Source: a bacterium (lineage in GTDB: Bacteria > Zhuqueibacterota > Zhuqueibacteria > Oceanimicrobiales > Oceanimicrobiaceae). From it: DNA of 37,616 bases. A program made the translations under genes and the position numbers. The DNA is taken from positions 1-37,616 of the forward strand of contig JBHHXN010000032.1 in assembly GCA_046757025.1 (NCBI GenBank), read 5' to 3'. How positions within the stretch are numbered: position 1 is the first letter of the stretch; each line of letters begins with the position of its first letter. Below, in pieces: positions 20,060 through 29,386 of this stretch. The notes under the pieces were generated by a model, which worked only from the letters and a program-made list of their open reading frames with translations, made no database searches and was not told the origin of the DNA.

Positions 20060-20755
20060 TTATTTATTTTGATAGATTTTTGCCAGCCGCTGGGGCGACA
20101 CATTTACCCAGTACAAAATATGAAGAACGGCCATTTTCAAATAAGTGCGAATGACCCCGCCGGCAAAAAACCGGCGAGAGGAAGTTACCAACGGTAAATT
20201 GACCAAAATCACGCGGCCGTGCTTTCTGAGTCGTCTGGAAAAATCCACGTCTTCAAACAGCGGTTGCGGCGAAAAGCCGCCTGCTTTAAAATAATTTTCC
20301 CGACTGATGAAAATTCCGTGATCGCCATAAATAATTCTGGAGAAGAAAAATCGAATGTTGTTAAACCACTCGGCAAATCTTAGAATAAAATTTTTTTCAC
20401 TAAATTGCAATCGAAATCCGCCGGCGAACACCTCTTTTTGTTGAATGGTGGAAAGGGCGGTCAAACAGTGCGCAGCACTGAGCCGGCAGTCCGCATGTAA
20501 AAACAACAAAACCTCGCCTGTGGCCTTGCAGGCGCCGGCAGCCAGCTGCTGCCCCCGGCCTTTCACAGATTGAAGGATCTGGACTTCGAACTTTTTGCAC
20601 ACCGCCACGGAACAGTCAGTCGAACCGCCGTCCACTACGATACATTCAATCGGCTGGTCCAGGCTTTGTTGGCAGTCATGAATATCCTGTAGAATCCGCG
20701 GCAGGGTTTCGGCCTCGTTGAATACTGGAATAATGATGCTGAGTTTACCTTGCAA
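20060..20755 (-). CDS. GT2 glycosyltransferase, TIGR04283-like
   Basis: LSIIIPVFNEA, VVDGGSTD, GRGQQLAAGA, LFLHAD, YGDHGIF, PLFEDV, TSSRRF; TTG start. Confidence 0.88.
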   Translation of the reverse strand: MQGKLSIIIPVFNEAETLPRILQDIHDCQQSLDQPIECIVVDGGSTDCSVAVCKKFEVQILQSVKGRGQQLAAGACKATGEVLLFLHADCRLSAAHCLTALSTIQQKEVFAGGFRLQFSEKNFILRFAEWFNNIRFFFSRIIYGDHGIFISRENYFKAGGFSPQPLFEDVDFSRRLRKHGRVILVNLPLVTSSRRFFAGGVIRTYLKMAVLHILYWVNVSPQRLAKIYQNK

Positions 20756-21226
20756 TTTGAGTGGAATTCTTAATTAAAAGTGGAATAAAATCATTGCCAA
20801 CCGGTGAACCCCAGAAAAGTACGTTCAGGTCGGCTTGACACACCATTGTGGGCTTTCACGGAACTGGAATCCAGCAGCCCGCGCATATAAAATAATCATA
20901 AAATCAAGCAAGTTCAAGCTAAATGGTGATAAAATAAAACAAGCCGTTTTGGCAGGCGCACGGAGTTCCCCTGGCGACCTTCGCCTGTTTTCCCTGGACC
21001 GTGATTGTGAAATAATCGGTACCTGGAAATAACTGGTCTTGACGTTACAATCGTTTGCGGTTAATTTAAAAAACAACGGCTAATTGATTGACTTTTGCTT
21101 TAGAAAAATTATTTTATGAAGGCAGGCCATTTATATTGACTTTTCTTTTCAAAAACAAAACCCAGCCAATTGACAATAAACGATAGTGACCTAAGCCGCT
21201 CAATTGACCATTAACAATGGATTTAA

Positions 21227-21991
21227 ATGCGGATGGACTCTAAAATTACCACAGAAGAAAACCAGAACCTATTGCCCCCGGAAGTTGAAGCGCCACCCAC
21301 GCTCAATTTTAAGCAAGCCTTTTGGCTGATTGCCGCTTTTATTTTAGTGTTCCAGATCTTTGCACTGATTTTGTACTTTGTCCACAGCCAGAATGCCACC
21401 GCGCTCAACTCCAGCTACTACCTGCAATTGGTGACTGCGAGTATCGTGTGGGATTTTGCTTTGATTTACGTGGTGCTGGCAAATATTCGAACGCAGCAAT
21501 TTTCAGCGCTGCGGTTGTTCAATCTAAAGCTGACCCATTTGCTGGATTACGCACCAAAAGTGCTCAAATATTTCAGCGGTTGCGCCATCCTGGTGGTGTT
21601 GCTTTCTCTGTTTACCGATGGTACCGAGCTGCATTTGGAATATCAAACGCCGCTGGTGCGTGTTTTATCCATCCTGTCAGCGGTGGTCGTGGCGCCAGTG
21701 ATTGAAGAAATGATTTTTCGAGGATATCTTTATACCGCCATGCTGCCGTCCTTCAAGCACGAACGAGAGCGCCTGGTGGTCAACGCCATGTTTTTTGCAG
21801 CGGCACACGTTTTTTTAGTAACCTTATTCTTCGGCGTAACCATCCCCTATTATATTTTGATCCTGGGATATTTACTGGCGAAACTCTACGAAGAAAGCCG
21901 ATCCATTTTGCCCTGCATTCTTCTGCACTTTTTGAACAATAGTCTGGTAGTTGTCATCGACTTAGTTAAACTCGACAGCTTGAACTACTAA
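21227..21991 (+). CDS. CPBP family intramembrane metalloprotease (CAAX/Abi)
   Basis: APVIEEMIFRG, FAAAH, LHFLNN motifs; multiple TM segments. Confidence 0.9.
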   Translation: MRMDSKITTEENQNLLPPEVEAPPTLNFKQAFWLIAAFILVFQIFALILYFVHSQNATALNSSYYLQLVTASIVWDFALIYVVLANIRTQQFSALRLFNLKLTHLLDYAPKVLKYFSGCAILVVLLSLFTDGTELHLEYQTPLVRVLSILSAVVVAPVIEEMIFRGYLYTAMLPSFKHERERLVVNAMFFAAAHVFLVTLFFGVTIPYYILILGYLLAKLYEESRSILPCILLHFLNNSLVVVIDLVKLDSLNY

Positions 21992-22026
21992 ATCTACTTC
22001 TACGTACCGAAAACCGATCCATCGCA

Positions 22027-22470
22027 CTACGAAAAATTATCCTCAACATAGTAAACAAAACTTTTCACCATTTTGTCATGCAGCATTTGATTGTCCTGAT
22101 CCCAGAATGCCATCAAGTAACCGATGTAACAAATCAAGCCCGACAGCCAGCGGCCGACCACTTCTCTAAAAAACGCGCGCCCCACCCCGAGGGCGTTGCC
22201 TTCCTCATCCAACACCGCGATGTTTAAAAATTTGCGACCGAGCGACTGGCCAGTTTTTCCCATTCGGACGATGGTATTCCATATAACAAAAACCAATCCC
22301 GCGACGATGCAAACCAACGCAAGTAAACCAAACATCGTTGTCGTCGTTTCATTTTCGATTTCGAGTACCTCTGACATGATAAACAGAGGTATGTAAAATG
22401 GGATGACTAGCAAGCCATCGATTATAATGGCTGCAAATCGCGTAAAAACGTTGGCATATTCCCTCTCCAT
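22027..22470 (-). CDS. RDD family membrane protein
   Basis: YANVFTRFAAIIIDG, GQSLGRK, RAFFRE, QMLHDK; AAGGAGG RBS. Confidence 0.9.
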   Translation of the reverse strand: MEREYANVFTRFAAIIIDGLLVIPFYIPLFIMSEVLEIENETTTTMFGLLALVCIVAGLVFVIWNTIVRMGKTGQSLGRKFLNIAVLDEEGNALGVGRAFFREVVGRWLSGLICYIGYLMAFWDQDNQMLHDKMVKSFVYYVEDNFS

Positions 22471-22500
22471 TGCCCTCCTTCACTAAATTAAATTAATTTG

Positions 22501-22932
22501 TCAAATGAAAATTAAGCGTACAACCCATACAATTAAAAACAGGCATGCAAGCATTTTAAACGTAAAAATTTCAAGGAGCCTGTTTGAGCTCAATGAAATT
22601 TTTGCAATCTTTGTGGTGGGATCGTTCGTCCATGCGCACTGGATTAAAAAAAGCAGTGCGTAGATTCCCAGCGGATGCAGCGACAGGCTTTGAGAAAATT
22701 GCAGACGCGCCAGCGCACTCATGCTCCGAGTCAATCCGCAGAAAGGACCGGGCAGATCGGTTATCCAATAAAAAGGACACAGTTCCACGCCGATTCCCTC
22801 TGGCGGCAGGCTGACAACCACCAGCAATGCGGCAATGGAAGGCAGTCTGTGTTTCCAGTCAGCGGCTTTAAAACAGACCCACCCGGCATTTGACAAAGGT
22901 AATTTATTCATAATTTTGTGGAGTTTATCCAA
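22501..22932 (-). CDS. DUF2752 family membrane protein (start uncertain)
   Basis: LCPFYWITDLPGPFCGLTRS...HPLG matches the CPF..TG.PCP.CG.TR pattern with one Cys replaced by Gly. Confidence 0.8.
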   Translation of the reverse strand: MDKLHKIMNKLPLSNAGWVCFKAADWKHRLPSIAALLVVVSLPPEGIGVELCPFYWITDLPGPFCGLTRSMSALARLQFSQSLSLHPLGIYALLFLIQCAWTNDPTTKIAKISLSSNRLLEIFTFKMLACLFLIVWVVRLIFI

Positions 22933-23210
22933 AGGTAAAATTATTTTCTCACGATGTCAAGTGTTCTGCTGCATATTATTCAAACGGCATGCTTCAAATG
23001 ACTTCCGCGGACGTGGCATCTGTGCTTCAAATCCAGGACGTTTCTCGCTCACTAAACTTACACTATTTGATAATATTTCGATTGCTTATTTAATTTATAG
23101 TTTATAAATTGTGCACGCTTTTTATTAAATTTAGAAATCCACAGAAAGAGAGTGATGTATTTATTCTGTAGAAATTTTGTTAAAAATTATTCACAAAAAA
23201 TGGAGGAAAC

Positions 23211-23774
23211 ATGGCGTCTGTTTCAGATTTTCGAAATGGTATGGCCATTCGGTATAACGGTCAAATATGGATAGTGCAGGAATTTCAACATGTAAAGCCA
23301 GGAAAAGGCCAGGCATTTATTAGAACCAAGTTGAAACAATTGCTGACCGGGAAAGTCGTCGAAAACACCTTTCGGCTGAGTGAAAACATTCAAGAGGTGC
23401 GGCTGGAAGAAAAAGAAATGCAGTATCTCTACACCGCGGGTGATGAGCTGTGTTTCATGGAAAACGAAACGTACGAACAAATCAACCTGTCCAGAGACAT
23501 GATCGGCGAGCAACTAAAATTTCTGAAAGAAGGCAACATGGTGCGGGTGCAGTTCCTGGAAGGGCAGGCGGTCACCGCGTCCTTACCTATGTTTATTGAG
23601 CTGAAGGTCATCGAAGCGCCGCCGGGAGTGAAAGGCGACACCGTGTCCAACTTACAGAAAGCGGTTACCCTGGAAACGGGCGCCGAAATTCAGGTACCGC
23701 TCTTCATCAAGGAAGGGGATGTGCTGAAAATCGACACCCGCGATGGCAGATATATCGAACGAGTCAGCAGTTGA
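23211..23774 (+). CDS. efp: Translation elongation factor P
   Basis: FQHVKPGKGQAFIRTKLK, PGVKGDT, LETGAEIQVPLFI, IDTRDGRYIER; GGAGG RBS. Confidence 0.98.
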   Translation: MASVSDFRNGMAIRYNGQIWIVQEFQHVKPGKGQAFIRTKLKQLLTGKVVENTFRLSENIQEVRLEEKEMQYLYTAGDELCFMENETYEQINLSRDMIGEQLKFLKEGNMVRVQFLEGQAVTASLPMFIELKVIEAPPGVKGDTVSNLQKAVTLETGAEIQVPLFIKEGDVLKIDTRDGRYIERVSS

Positions 23775-23775
23775 T

Positions 23776-24879
23776 GTGAACAAAGCATCCTTTGGCAAAC
23801 GAACAGGTCATTTCGTTCTGCTATTTGTCACTCTGAATTTTTGCTTTTTCATCTTTGAAATCGGAATCAGAGTGTTCAATCCACAAAACTTGATCAAAGG
23901 GAAACCCATTCATACTTATGATCCTCAGCTGGAAAAACGCTTGCTGCCGAATGAGCAGGTTGAATACCGCACACCGGAATACGTTTACCAAGTGGCCACC
24001 AACTCGGCGGGTTTCCGGGATCGTTCCCACTCCAGAAACAAGCCGGAAGATGTCACGCGCATTTTGATTCTGGGCGACTCGTTCACTTTTGGCCCGGGGG
24101 TGGCTCAGGAGTACATTTTTCCACGGCTCATGGAAAAATTGTTAAATCAAGCCACTCAAAATAAAAACTCGTATGAATTGATCACCATGGCGTGCGGCGG
24201 CTGGGGACCCGAGCACTATCTCGCCGCATTGCAGCACGAGGGACTTGCTTACTCCCCGGACCTCATCGTGCTGGCCATCTACGTGGACAACGACGTCACC
24301 GACCGTCTGGAGCTGGCGCCGCCCGCTAAACAAAAGCCAAAATGGCATTTCAAATCGGTTTTGTACGCTATCAACAATTGGCTGGAAGTGCGGTCACACG
24401 TGTTTATTTTTTTGCGGACACGCCTGGATTATCCACTCTGGAAACTGGGATTACGGCCCTATTTTTTCCCACCGGTCTTCTGGCGGGATATTCCCCAAAA
24501 TATTCAGGAAGATTGGGATCGCACTTTTCAAGTGCTGGAGAAAATTGCGCAAGTGTGTGCACTTAGCGGCGCCAAACCAGTCTGTGTGCTCATTCCGGCG
24601 AGGTACCAGGTACATGAAGCGATCTGGAACAAATTCGTGGATGTGTACGATATCGATCTCGAAAAGGTGGATTTACAATTGCCACAAAAATTGTTTGTGG
24701 ATTTTTTTCAAAAGCAGAAAATCGCCTTTCTCGATCTGCTGCCTCCCTTTAGGACGGCGGGTAAAAATGAGCTACTGTATTTTCCTATGGACGGTCACTG
24801 GAATGCGGCCGGGCACGCGCTCAGTGCAGAATTGATCACGCAGTTCATACAACAGAAAAAAGATCCTATGTTATTTTGA
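23776..24879 (+). CDS. Membrane-anchored SGNH/GDSL hydrolase (AlgX/AlgJ-like)
   Basis: N-terminal TM; NSAGFRD, ILILGDSFTFG, YFPMDGHWNAAGH. Start set to the in-frame GTG just after the efp stop. Confidence 0.85.
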   Translation: MNKASFGKRTGHFVLLFVTLNFCFFIFEIGIRVFNPQNLIKGKPIHTYDPQLEKRLLPNEQVEYRTPEYVYQVATNSAGFRDRSHSRNKPEDVTRILILGDSFTFGPGVAQEYIFPRLMEKLLNQATQNKNSYELITMACGGWGPEHYLAALQHEGLAYSPDLIVLAIYVDNDVTDRLELAPPAKQKPKWHFKSVLYAINNWLEVRSHVFIFLRTRLDYPLWKLGLRPYFFPPVFWRDIPQNIQEDWDRTFQVLEKIAQVCALSGAKPVCVLIPARYQVHEAIWNKFVDVYDIDLEKVDLQLPQKLFVDFFQKQKIAFLDLLPPFRTAGKNELLYFPMDGHWNAAGHALSAELITQFIQQKKDPMLF

Positions 24880-24903
24880 GTGGGTAAGCTCAGCAATTTT
24901 ATT

Positions 24904-25226
24904 GGACAGGATGCACAGGATAAACAGGATTTTGCTAGTCAGGTCATTCGTGAAAGTCCAGTAAATCCATTTCTTATTCTTTTTTTAAGGAGTTTATTTT
25001 TTTAATCATTTGCCCTGAGTTCTTTTAAATGACAACCTGAACCTCAGCGTTTTTATTAATTATCCGTTCTTATAGTTAGAGCGCCTGCAATTTACGAAAA
25101 AATTACTTTGTGCGCACCTCATTCAAAATCATAAAGGTGTTGCTGATCAGTTTAAATTTTGTTATTTTTTCATTATTTTGATGTACAGGAAAATGATTTC
25201 TATCTTGTACATGCAGTAAATCCTGA
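24904..25226. repeat. Inverted pair of 9-bp-period triple repeats flanking ~270 bp of AT-rich DNA
   Basis: ACAGGAT at 24906, 24915 and 24924; ATCTTGT, ATGCAGT and ATCCTGA at 25202, 25211 and 25220. Confidence 0.6.
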
Positions 25227-25306
25227 AAAAAAAATAGTACTGCTGGAATCAAATTTACACACCTAAATCAATATCGAGCCAGAAAAAATCACAACTCGTC
25301 TATAGA

Positions 25307-25337
25307 AAATAAAAAAGGCTGCTTTAACAAGCAGCCC
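25307..25337 (-). terminator. Rho-independent terminator
   Basis: Minus strand GGGCTGC-TTGTTAAA-GCAGCCT followed by a T-rich run. Confidence 0.8.
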
Positions 25338-25366
25338 TGAAAGATACAAATAATATATTTCAAAAA

Positions 25367-25468
25367 TTAATGGTTAAAATAAAAAACCAAAAAATAAGCC
25401 ACTGCTAATCCCAAAAACAACACAAAAAATCTGGGGTAGTAGATTCGCTTATGTAATTTAACTTCCAT
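25367..25468 (-). CDS. Candidate small single-TM protein, 33 aa (MEVKLHKRIYYPRFFVLFLGLAVAYFLVFYFNH)
   Basis: Manual translation; basic N-terminus plus hydrophobic helix; GGAGG 13 nt upstream; lies between a sigma70-like promoter and a terminator. Confidence 0.45.
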   Translation of the reverse strand: MEVKLHKRIYYPRFFVLFLGLAVAYFLVFYFNH

Positions 25469-25610
25469 AAAAGATTAACCGCCTCCAATAAAATGAAACT
25501 TACCGATTTAATTCTTTCCTCCCTTTCAATCATCTTCCTCCTTGTAAAACCAACCCACGCAAATTTCAGCCACGACTAAAGGGGGGCACCCCTCAAAACA
25601 AAACGGCATA

Positions 25611-25639
25611 AACATACCACTATTTCATCAAAAAAGCAA
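25611..25639 (-). promoter_or_regulatory. sigma70-like promoter TTGCTT-N17-TATGTT with extended -10 (TGG)
   Basis: Read on the minus strand with an exact 17-bp spacer. Confidence 0.55.
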
Positions 25640-25693
25640 GTGTTTTTTGTTATTCAACAAGCTTCCGAAATCCCGTCAATTTTAGACTCGCAT

Positions 25694-26968
25694 TCAATTC
25701 TCGATCAGCTTTTTCAATTTTTCCAGCTCGGATTCTAAATAATTGATACGCATTTCCAACAATTTATTTTTCTCGGTCAAAGGGCCGAGCTCGCTGGACA
25801 GAATTTGCTGGGTGCTGGATTCGAAGGCGGAGTAGCCGGTGCGGTTGTACTCCACTTCCCCAAAATAAGGATTGGAAGGAAGAGATTTTTCCCCGATGGC
25901 AATTTCGGTTTGATAGGTTTGCCCCTCTCTGTTGTACTCAAGGGGGATCGTTTGCCCGGGTGCCGTGGCTTCCACCAGGTGAATCAATTGGGTAATATCC
26001 CGCACTTCCCGGTTTGCGTATTTGGCAATGATATCACCCTCAAGCAAGCCGGCTTTTTGCGCCGGGCTGTTTTGCTTGATTTCTCTTATTTTCGGCTTCT
26101 GACCGTCATAATATCCGACGACCCCCAGCCAACCTTTTCGCACATACCCAAATTCAATAAGATCTTCTGCGATTCTTTTCACGCGGTAGATGGGATAAGC
26201 TAACGTCAGTTCGTGCGCACCGGAGCGCTGCCACAAAACCGGCAAACTCTTGCCAACATTCAGTTTGCCGGCAACCACGCCCACCACTTCTCCGTTAAAA
26301 TTAAAAATGGGGCTGCCGTTATTTCCCGGATTCAAATTTGTAGAAATCTGAATCATGTTGTCGTCACGAAGGCCGTTTATAATGCCGATATCGATGGATG
26401 GAAAGACCCCCATGGAATTGCCGATTATCACGACAATTTTCCCCAAATGTATTTCTTCCATTTTTCCCAATTTGGCCGGCGCCAAATTCGAGCCGTCATT
26501 TGGTTTCAGTACCGCGAAACCCGTTTCCGGATCGTGGCCAACAAATTCCGCTGCAACTTCTTCGCCGCTGGCGGTGGTTACGATATTCGATTCGGCGCCA
26601 AACACGATGCTGCTGCGGGTAAGAATATGACCTTTGTCATCTATTATGACACCGGTACCGATGTTCAGGTAGGTGAGGTCTTGTTTTTCGATCTCCGTTT
26701 TAAAAAATGACAAAATCCCGCTTTCTTTTTCAAAATAGACCTCGCGCGAAAACTTCGATGCGACGGTCACCACAGAGGTTTTGCTTTTATCGATCAAGCC
26801 GGCGATCTCTTTTTCAAGACTCTGGAGGTTCTCACCACACAGGCCGGCATGGGCGACAGATAAAACACTCAATACGTGAATCAGAAAAAACGGCAGGTAT
26901 TTATTTGGGTTGGAAACAGGCACGATAGCATTCATTATGAAGGTGAACGAATTCAAACGGCGGTACAT
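25694..26968 (-). CDS. HtrA/DegQ-like trypsin-fold plus PDZ protein lacking its catalytic triad (pseudoprotease), with C-terminal coiled coil
   Basis: IGTGVIIDDKGHILTRSSIV, GHDPETGFAVLK, NPGNNGSPIFN, GYVRKGWLGV, NSPAQKAGLLEGDII; hydrophobic N-terminal signal. Confidence 0.88.
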   Translation of the reverse strand: MYRRLNSFTFIMNAIVPVSNPNKYLPFFLIHVLSVLSVAHAGLCGENLQSLEKEIAGLIDKSKTSVVTVASKFSREVYFEKESGILSFFKTEIEKQDLTYLNIGTGVIIDDKGHILTRSSIVFGAESNIVTTASGEEVAAEFVGHDPETGFAVLKPNDGSNLAPAKLGKMEEIHLGKIVVIIGNSMGVFPSIDIGIINGLRDDNMIQISTNLNPGNNGSPIFNFNGEVVGVVAGKLNVGKSLPVLWQRSGAHELTLAYPIYRVKRIAEDLIEFGYVRKGWLGVVGYYDGQKPKIREIKQNSPAQKAGLLEGDIIAKYANREVRDITQLIHLVEATAPGQTIPLEYNREGQTYQTEIAIGEKSLPSNPYFGEVEYNRTGYSAFESSTQQILSSELGPLTEKNKLLEMRINYLESELEKLKKLIEN

Positions 26969-26971
26969 GTT

Positions 26972-27571
26972 CTAAAATTCATAGGAATGTTTCACGGTTT
27001 TTGGGCTGATTTTTTTTATCGAATCGGAATTCGAAGTAGAATATTTCTCCAACTCAACAGAATTAATGGGGGTTCCTCGTTGGTTCAAATTCAGTTGATC
27101 CATAGGAAAATGGATGTTCACGGAACCTCCACCGAGAGCCGCGCTACTCGGTTGAGAAATATTTTGTATGGGAATGGATTGAGATGGCGGTAGAAATGGC
27201 GGATTGTTTGCCTGATTCCCGTAAAAAGGCCGGTTGGAATTGTTTAAAACAAAAAATGCAGCCAAAGCGATTAACGCTCCTGTAGCTGCATATAATGGAA
27301 TCCTCACTGGCCAGGTTTCAGTACCGCGCCGTTTTAAACTTTTTTCCATTTTAATTCGGGTTCGAAGGACCGTCTCAAAATCTGGCGACGTTTTCAATGG
27401 GGACAGCTTTTTTAGTTGGACTCGCACACTCTTGACACCTTGATAAGAATTTCGACAGTCCGGACAATTTTTAAAATGATTCTCCAGCTCCTTCTTTTTA
27501 TCATTTGGAAGTAAACCATCGACATAATCAAAGACCTTATCTTCTAACCAATTACAAATTTTCATAGGCAA
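26972..27571 (-). CDS. Zinc-binding (zf-HC2/ZAS) transmembrane anti-sigma factor
   Basis: YVDGLL...ENHFKNCPDC (HxxxCxxC) and a single TM helix; directly downstream of the ECF sigma gene. Confidence 0.88.
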   Translation of the reverse strand: MPMKICNWLEDKVFDYVDGLLPNDKKKELENHFKNCPDCRNSYQGVKSVRVQLKKLSPLKTSPDFETVLRTRIKMEKSLKRRGTETWPVRIPLYAATGALIALAAFFVLNNSNRPFYGNQANNPPFLPPSQSIPIQNISQPSSAALGGGSVNIHFPMDQLNLNQRGTPINSVELEKYSTSNSDSIKKISPKTVKHSYEF

Positions 27572-27637
27572 CTCCCTGATTCAATTTACCATTTGACTGG
27601 TCATTTTCGGTGAGCATCGGCGAATAAATCTAAAGGG

Positions 27638-28234
27638 CTACTTTTTGCGTTTTAAAAATTTAAGCCGACTTTGCAGTTTTAATCTTCCTCTATTTACTCG
27701 CGATTTGACGGTGCCAATTGGAACTTTGATGATTGTACTTATCTCTTCGTATGAAAGTTCCTGTATATCCCGCAAGACAATGACTTCTCGAAACTTGGGG
27801 GACAAGTTCTCAATTTCTCTTTGGATGATTTCTTCCTGAATTACGCCGTCGACATGGCTTTCTGGATTAAATCCCTCATCGGAAATTTCATAGTCCCGAT
27901 CCTCGTACCCCATTTCCGTCACTGAAAACAATTTCCGGCGTTTTCTTCGCCGCAGCTCCGTACGTGCTAAATTACCTGCAATGGTGTAAATCCACGTAGA
28001 AAACTTTGCAATGCGTTTGTACGCTTTTCGTTTGCGATAAACCCTTAAAAAAGTTTCCTGAACGATATCTTCGGCTTCTTCCTGGCTGCCGACAAACCGG
28101 TAGATGAAGTTCAACAGTTGATCTTTATAACGCTTGACGATCAGATCAAAAGCATACAGATCGCCTTTCTGGAAGCGTTCGATCAGCTCTTCGTCAGAGG
28201 GAAGATTGTCGTGACTGTCAGTTTTACTGGTCAT
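27638..28234 (-). CDS. ECF RNA polymerase sigma factor (RpoE/SigW-like)
   Basis: AEDIVQETFLRVY, FSTWIYTIAGN, LSYEEISTIIKVPIGTVKSRVNRGR. Confidence 0.95.
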   Translation of the reverse strand: MTSKTDSHDNLPSDEELIERFQKGDLYAFDLIVKRYKDQLLNFIYRFVGSQEEAEDIVQETFLRVYRKRKAYKRIAKFSTWIYTIAGNLARTELRRRKRRKLFSVTEMGYEDRDYEISDEGFNPESHVDGVIQEEIIQREIENLSPKFREVIVLRDIQELSYEEISTIIKVPIGTVKSRVNRGRLKLQSRLKFLKRKK

Positions 28235-28255
28235 TAATTTTTTAAGAACGTTTTT

Positions 28256-28283
28256 TTTACCAATTTTTAGTTAAAAAGTTTCA
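28256..28283 (-). promoter_or_regulatory. Probable autoregulatory ECF promoter TGAAAC-N16-GGTAAA
   Basis: Matches the SigW-type consensus TGAAAC-N16-CGTA except at one base; immediately upstream of the sigma gene. Confidence 0.6.
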
Positions 28284-28381
28284 CAAAGTTTAGACTGATA
28301 ATTATGCGAAATGTTGTTGAACATTTTTATAACAATACAAAAACTGTACCACGCAAAAATGTCGCACTCCGTTGGCCGTTT

Positions 28382-29386
28382 TCAATCACGATCGGCCTGG
28401 TTTATTATTTGAATCAAAAGGGTTTGCAGAGCGATTTGAGGGGTCTGCTGGCTGGTTTTCAAAAACAAATCTTTTTCTAACAACATTTCAAAGATAAGTT
28501 GCAATTGTCTGAATGTAAACTTTTTTGCCATTTCAAGAGATTTGTCGATAAAATAAGGCGGGATACCGGTGAGGGACGCCAACTCACTTTTAGGCATTTT
28601 TTGCGCAACGGCGCCTTTTAATTTGGTCAAATTTACAAAATGACGCGTTATCATCGCCAGGATTCCGGTTGGAGATTCTCCGCTCTCTAACATCTGATTT
28701 AATATGTGCAGAGATTTATTCATATTTTTATGCCCAAGCGCGTCGGTCAATTCAAACACGTTGAAGTTGCGAGACAAACCGACAATTTTATTGACATCCT
28801 GGAGTTCTATCTTCTTTTTACCGTTTAAATTCAATTCAATTTTATTCAGTTCGTTGACGACTTCACGAAGACGGTTGCTCACCCGAGACAAAATAAATAA
28901 AATGGCCTCTTGCGTAATTTCGTAGCCTCTTTTTTTTAAATGCGTTCGAATCCAATCCGGTATTTTGTTTTCATAAAGCGGCTTAAATTCCACACAACAG
29001 CATTGCTTTTTGATGCGCGTGACGAACTTATTGCGTGCCCCCCCGCCCTCACTAACCAGCACCATTACCGAGGTGGGAGCCGGCTTTTCCAGATACTTAC
29101 TCAGCAACTCCAGGCTGGAAAGATTCAACCTTTGAACTTCCTTCACCACCACCAATCTCGAGGCCGCCATCATCGGGTAGGCATTGGCCGTATCGATGAT
29201 TTTCCCACCATCCACTTCGTTGCCGTAAAAAACATCGAAGTTAAAATCACTGGTGGCAGTATCCACCACCGATTTGATCAATTGGCGCAATGCCTGCTCC
29301 AACAGATAGTCCTCGGCCCCGGAAAAGAAATACGCGTTGAAGAACTTGCCCTTTTCAAGGTGTTTTGAAAACTCAAAATAGTTCAT
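28382..29386 (-). CDS. holA: DNA polymerase III delta subunit
   Basis: YFFSGAEDYL, DFNFDVFYG, ANAYPMMAASRLVVVKE, NELNKI, NVFELTDAL. Start moved to ATG 29386, overlapping the stop of the MetS-like ORF. Confidence 0.92.
   Translation of the reverse strand: MNYFEFSKHLEKGKFFNAYFFSGAEDYLLEQALRQLIKSVVDTATSDFNFDVFYGNEVDGGKIIDTANAYPMMAASRLVVVKEVQRLNLSSLELLSKYLEKPAPTSVMVLVSEGGGARNKFVTRIKKQCCCVEFKPLYENKIPDWIRTHLKKRGYEITQEAILFILSRVSNRLREVVNELNKIELNLNGKKKIELQDVNKIVGLSRNFNVFELTDALGHKNMNKSLHILNQMLESGESPTGILAMITRHFVNLTKLKGAVAQKMPKSELASLTGIPPYFIDKSLEMAKKFTFRQLQLIFEMLLEKDLFLKTSQQTPQIALQTLLIQIINQADRD

Noticed and set aside
20060..20755. Arsenosugar or selenium-related biosynthetic cluster
   Set aside because: The usual partners (TIGR04282-type protein, radical SAM enzyme, methyltransferase) are not in the window.
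24880..25693. CRISPR array or tRNA in the long intergenic region
   Set aside because: No 25-45-bp repeats with unique spacers and no cloverleaf or T-loop motif seen.
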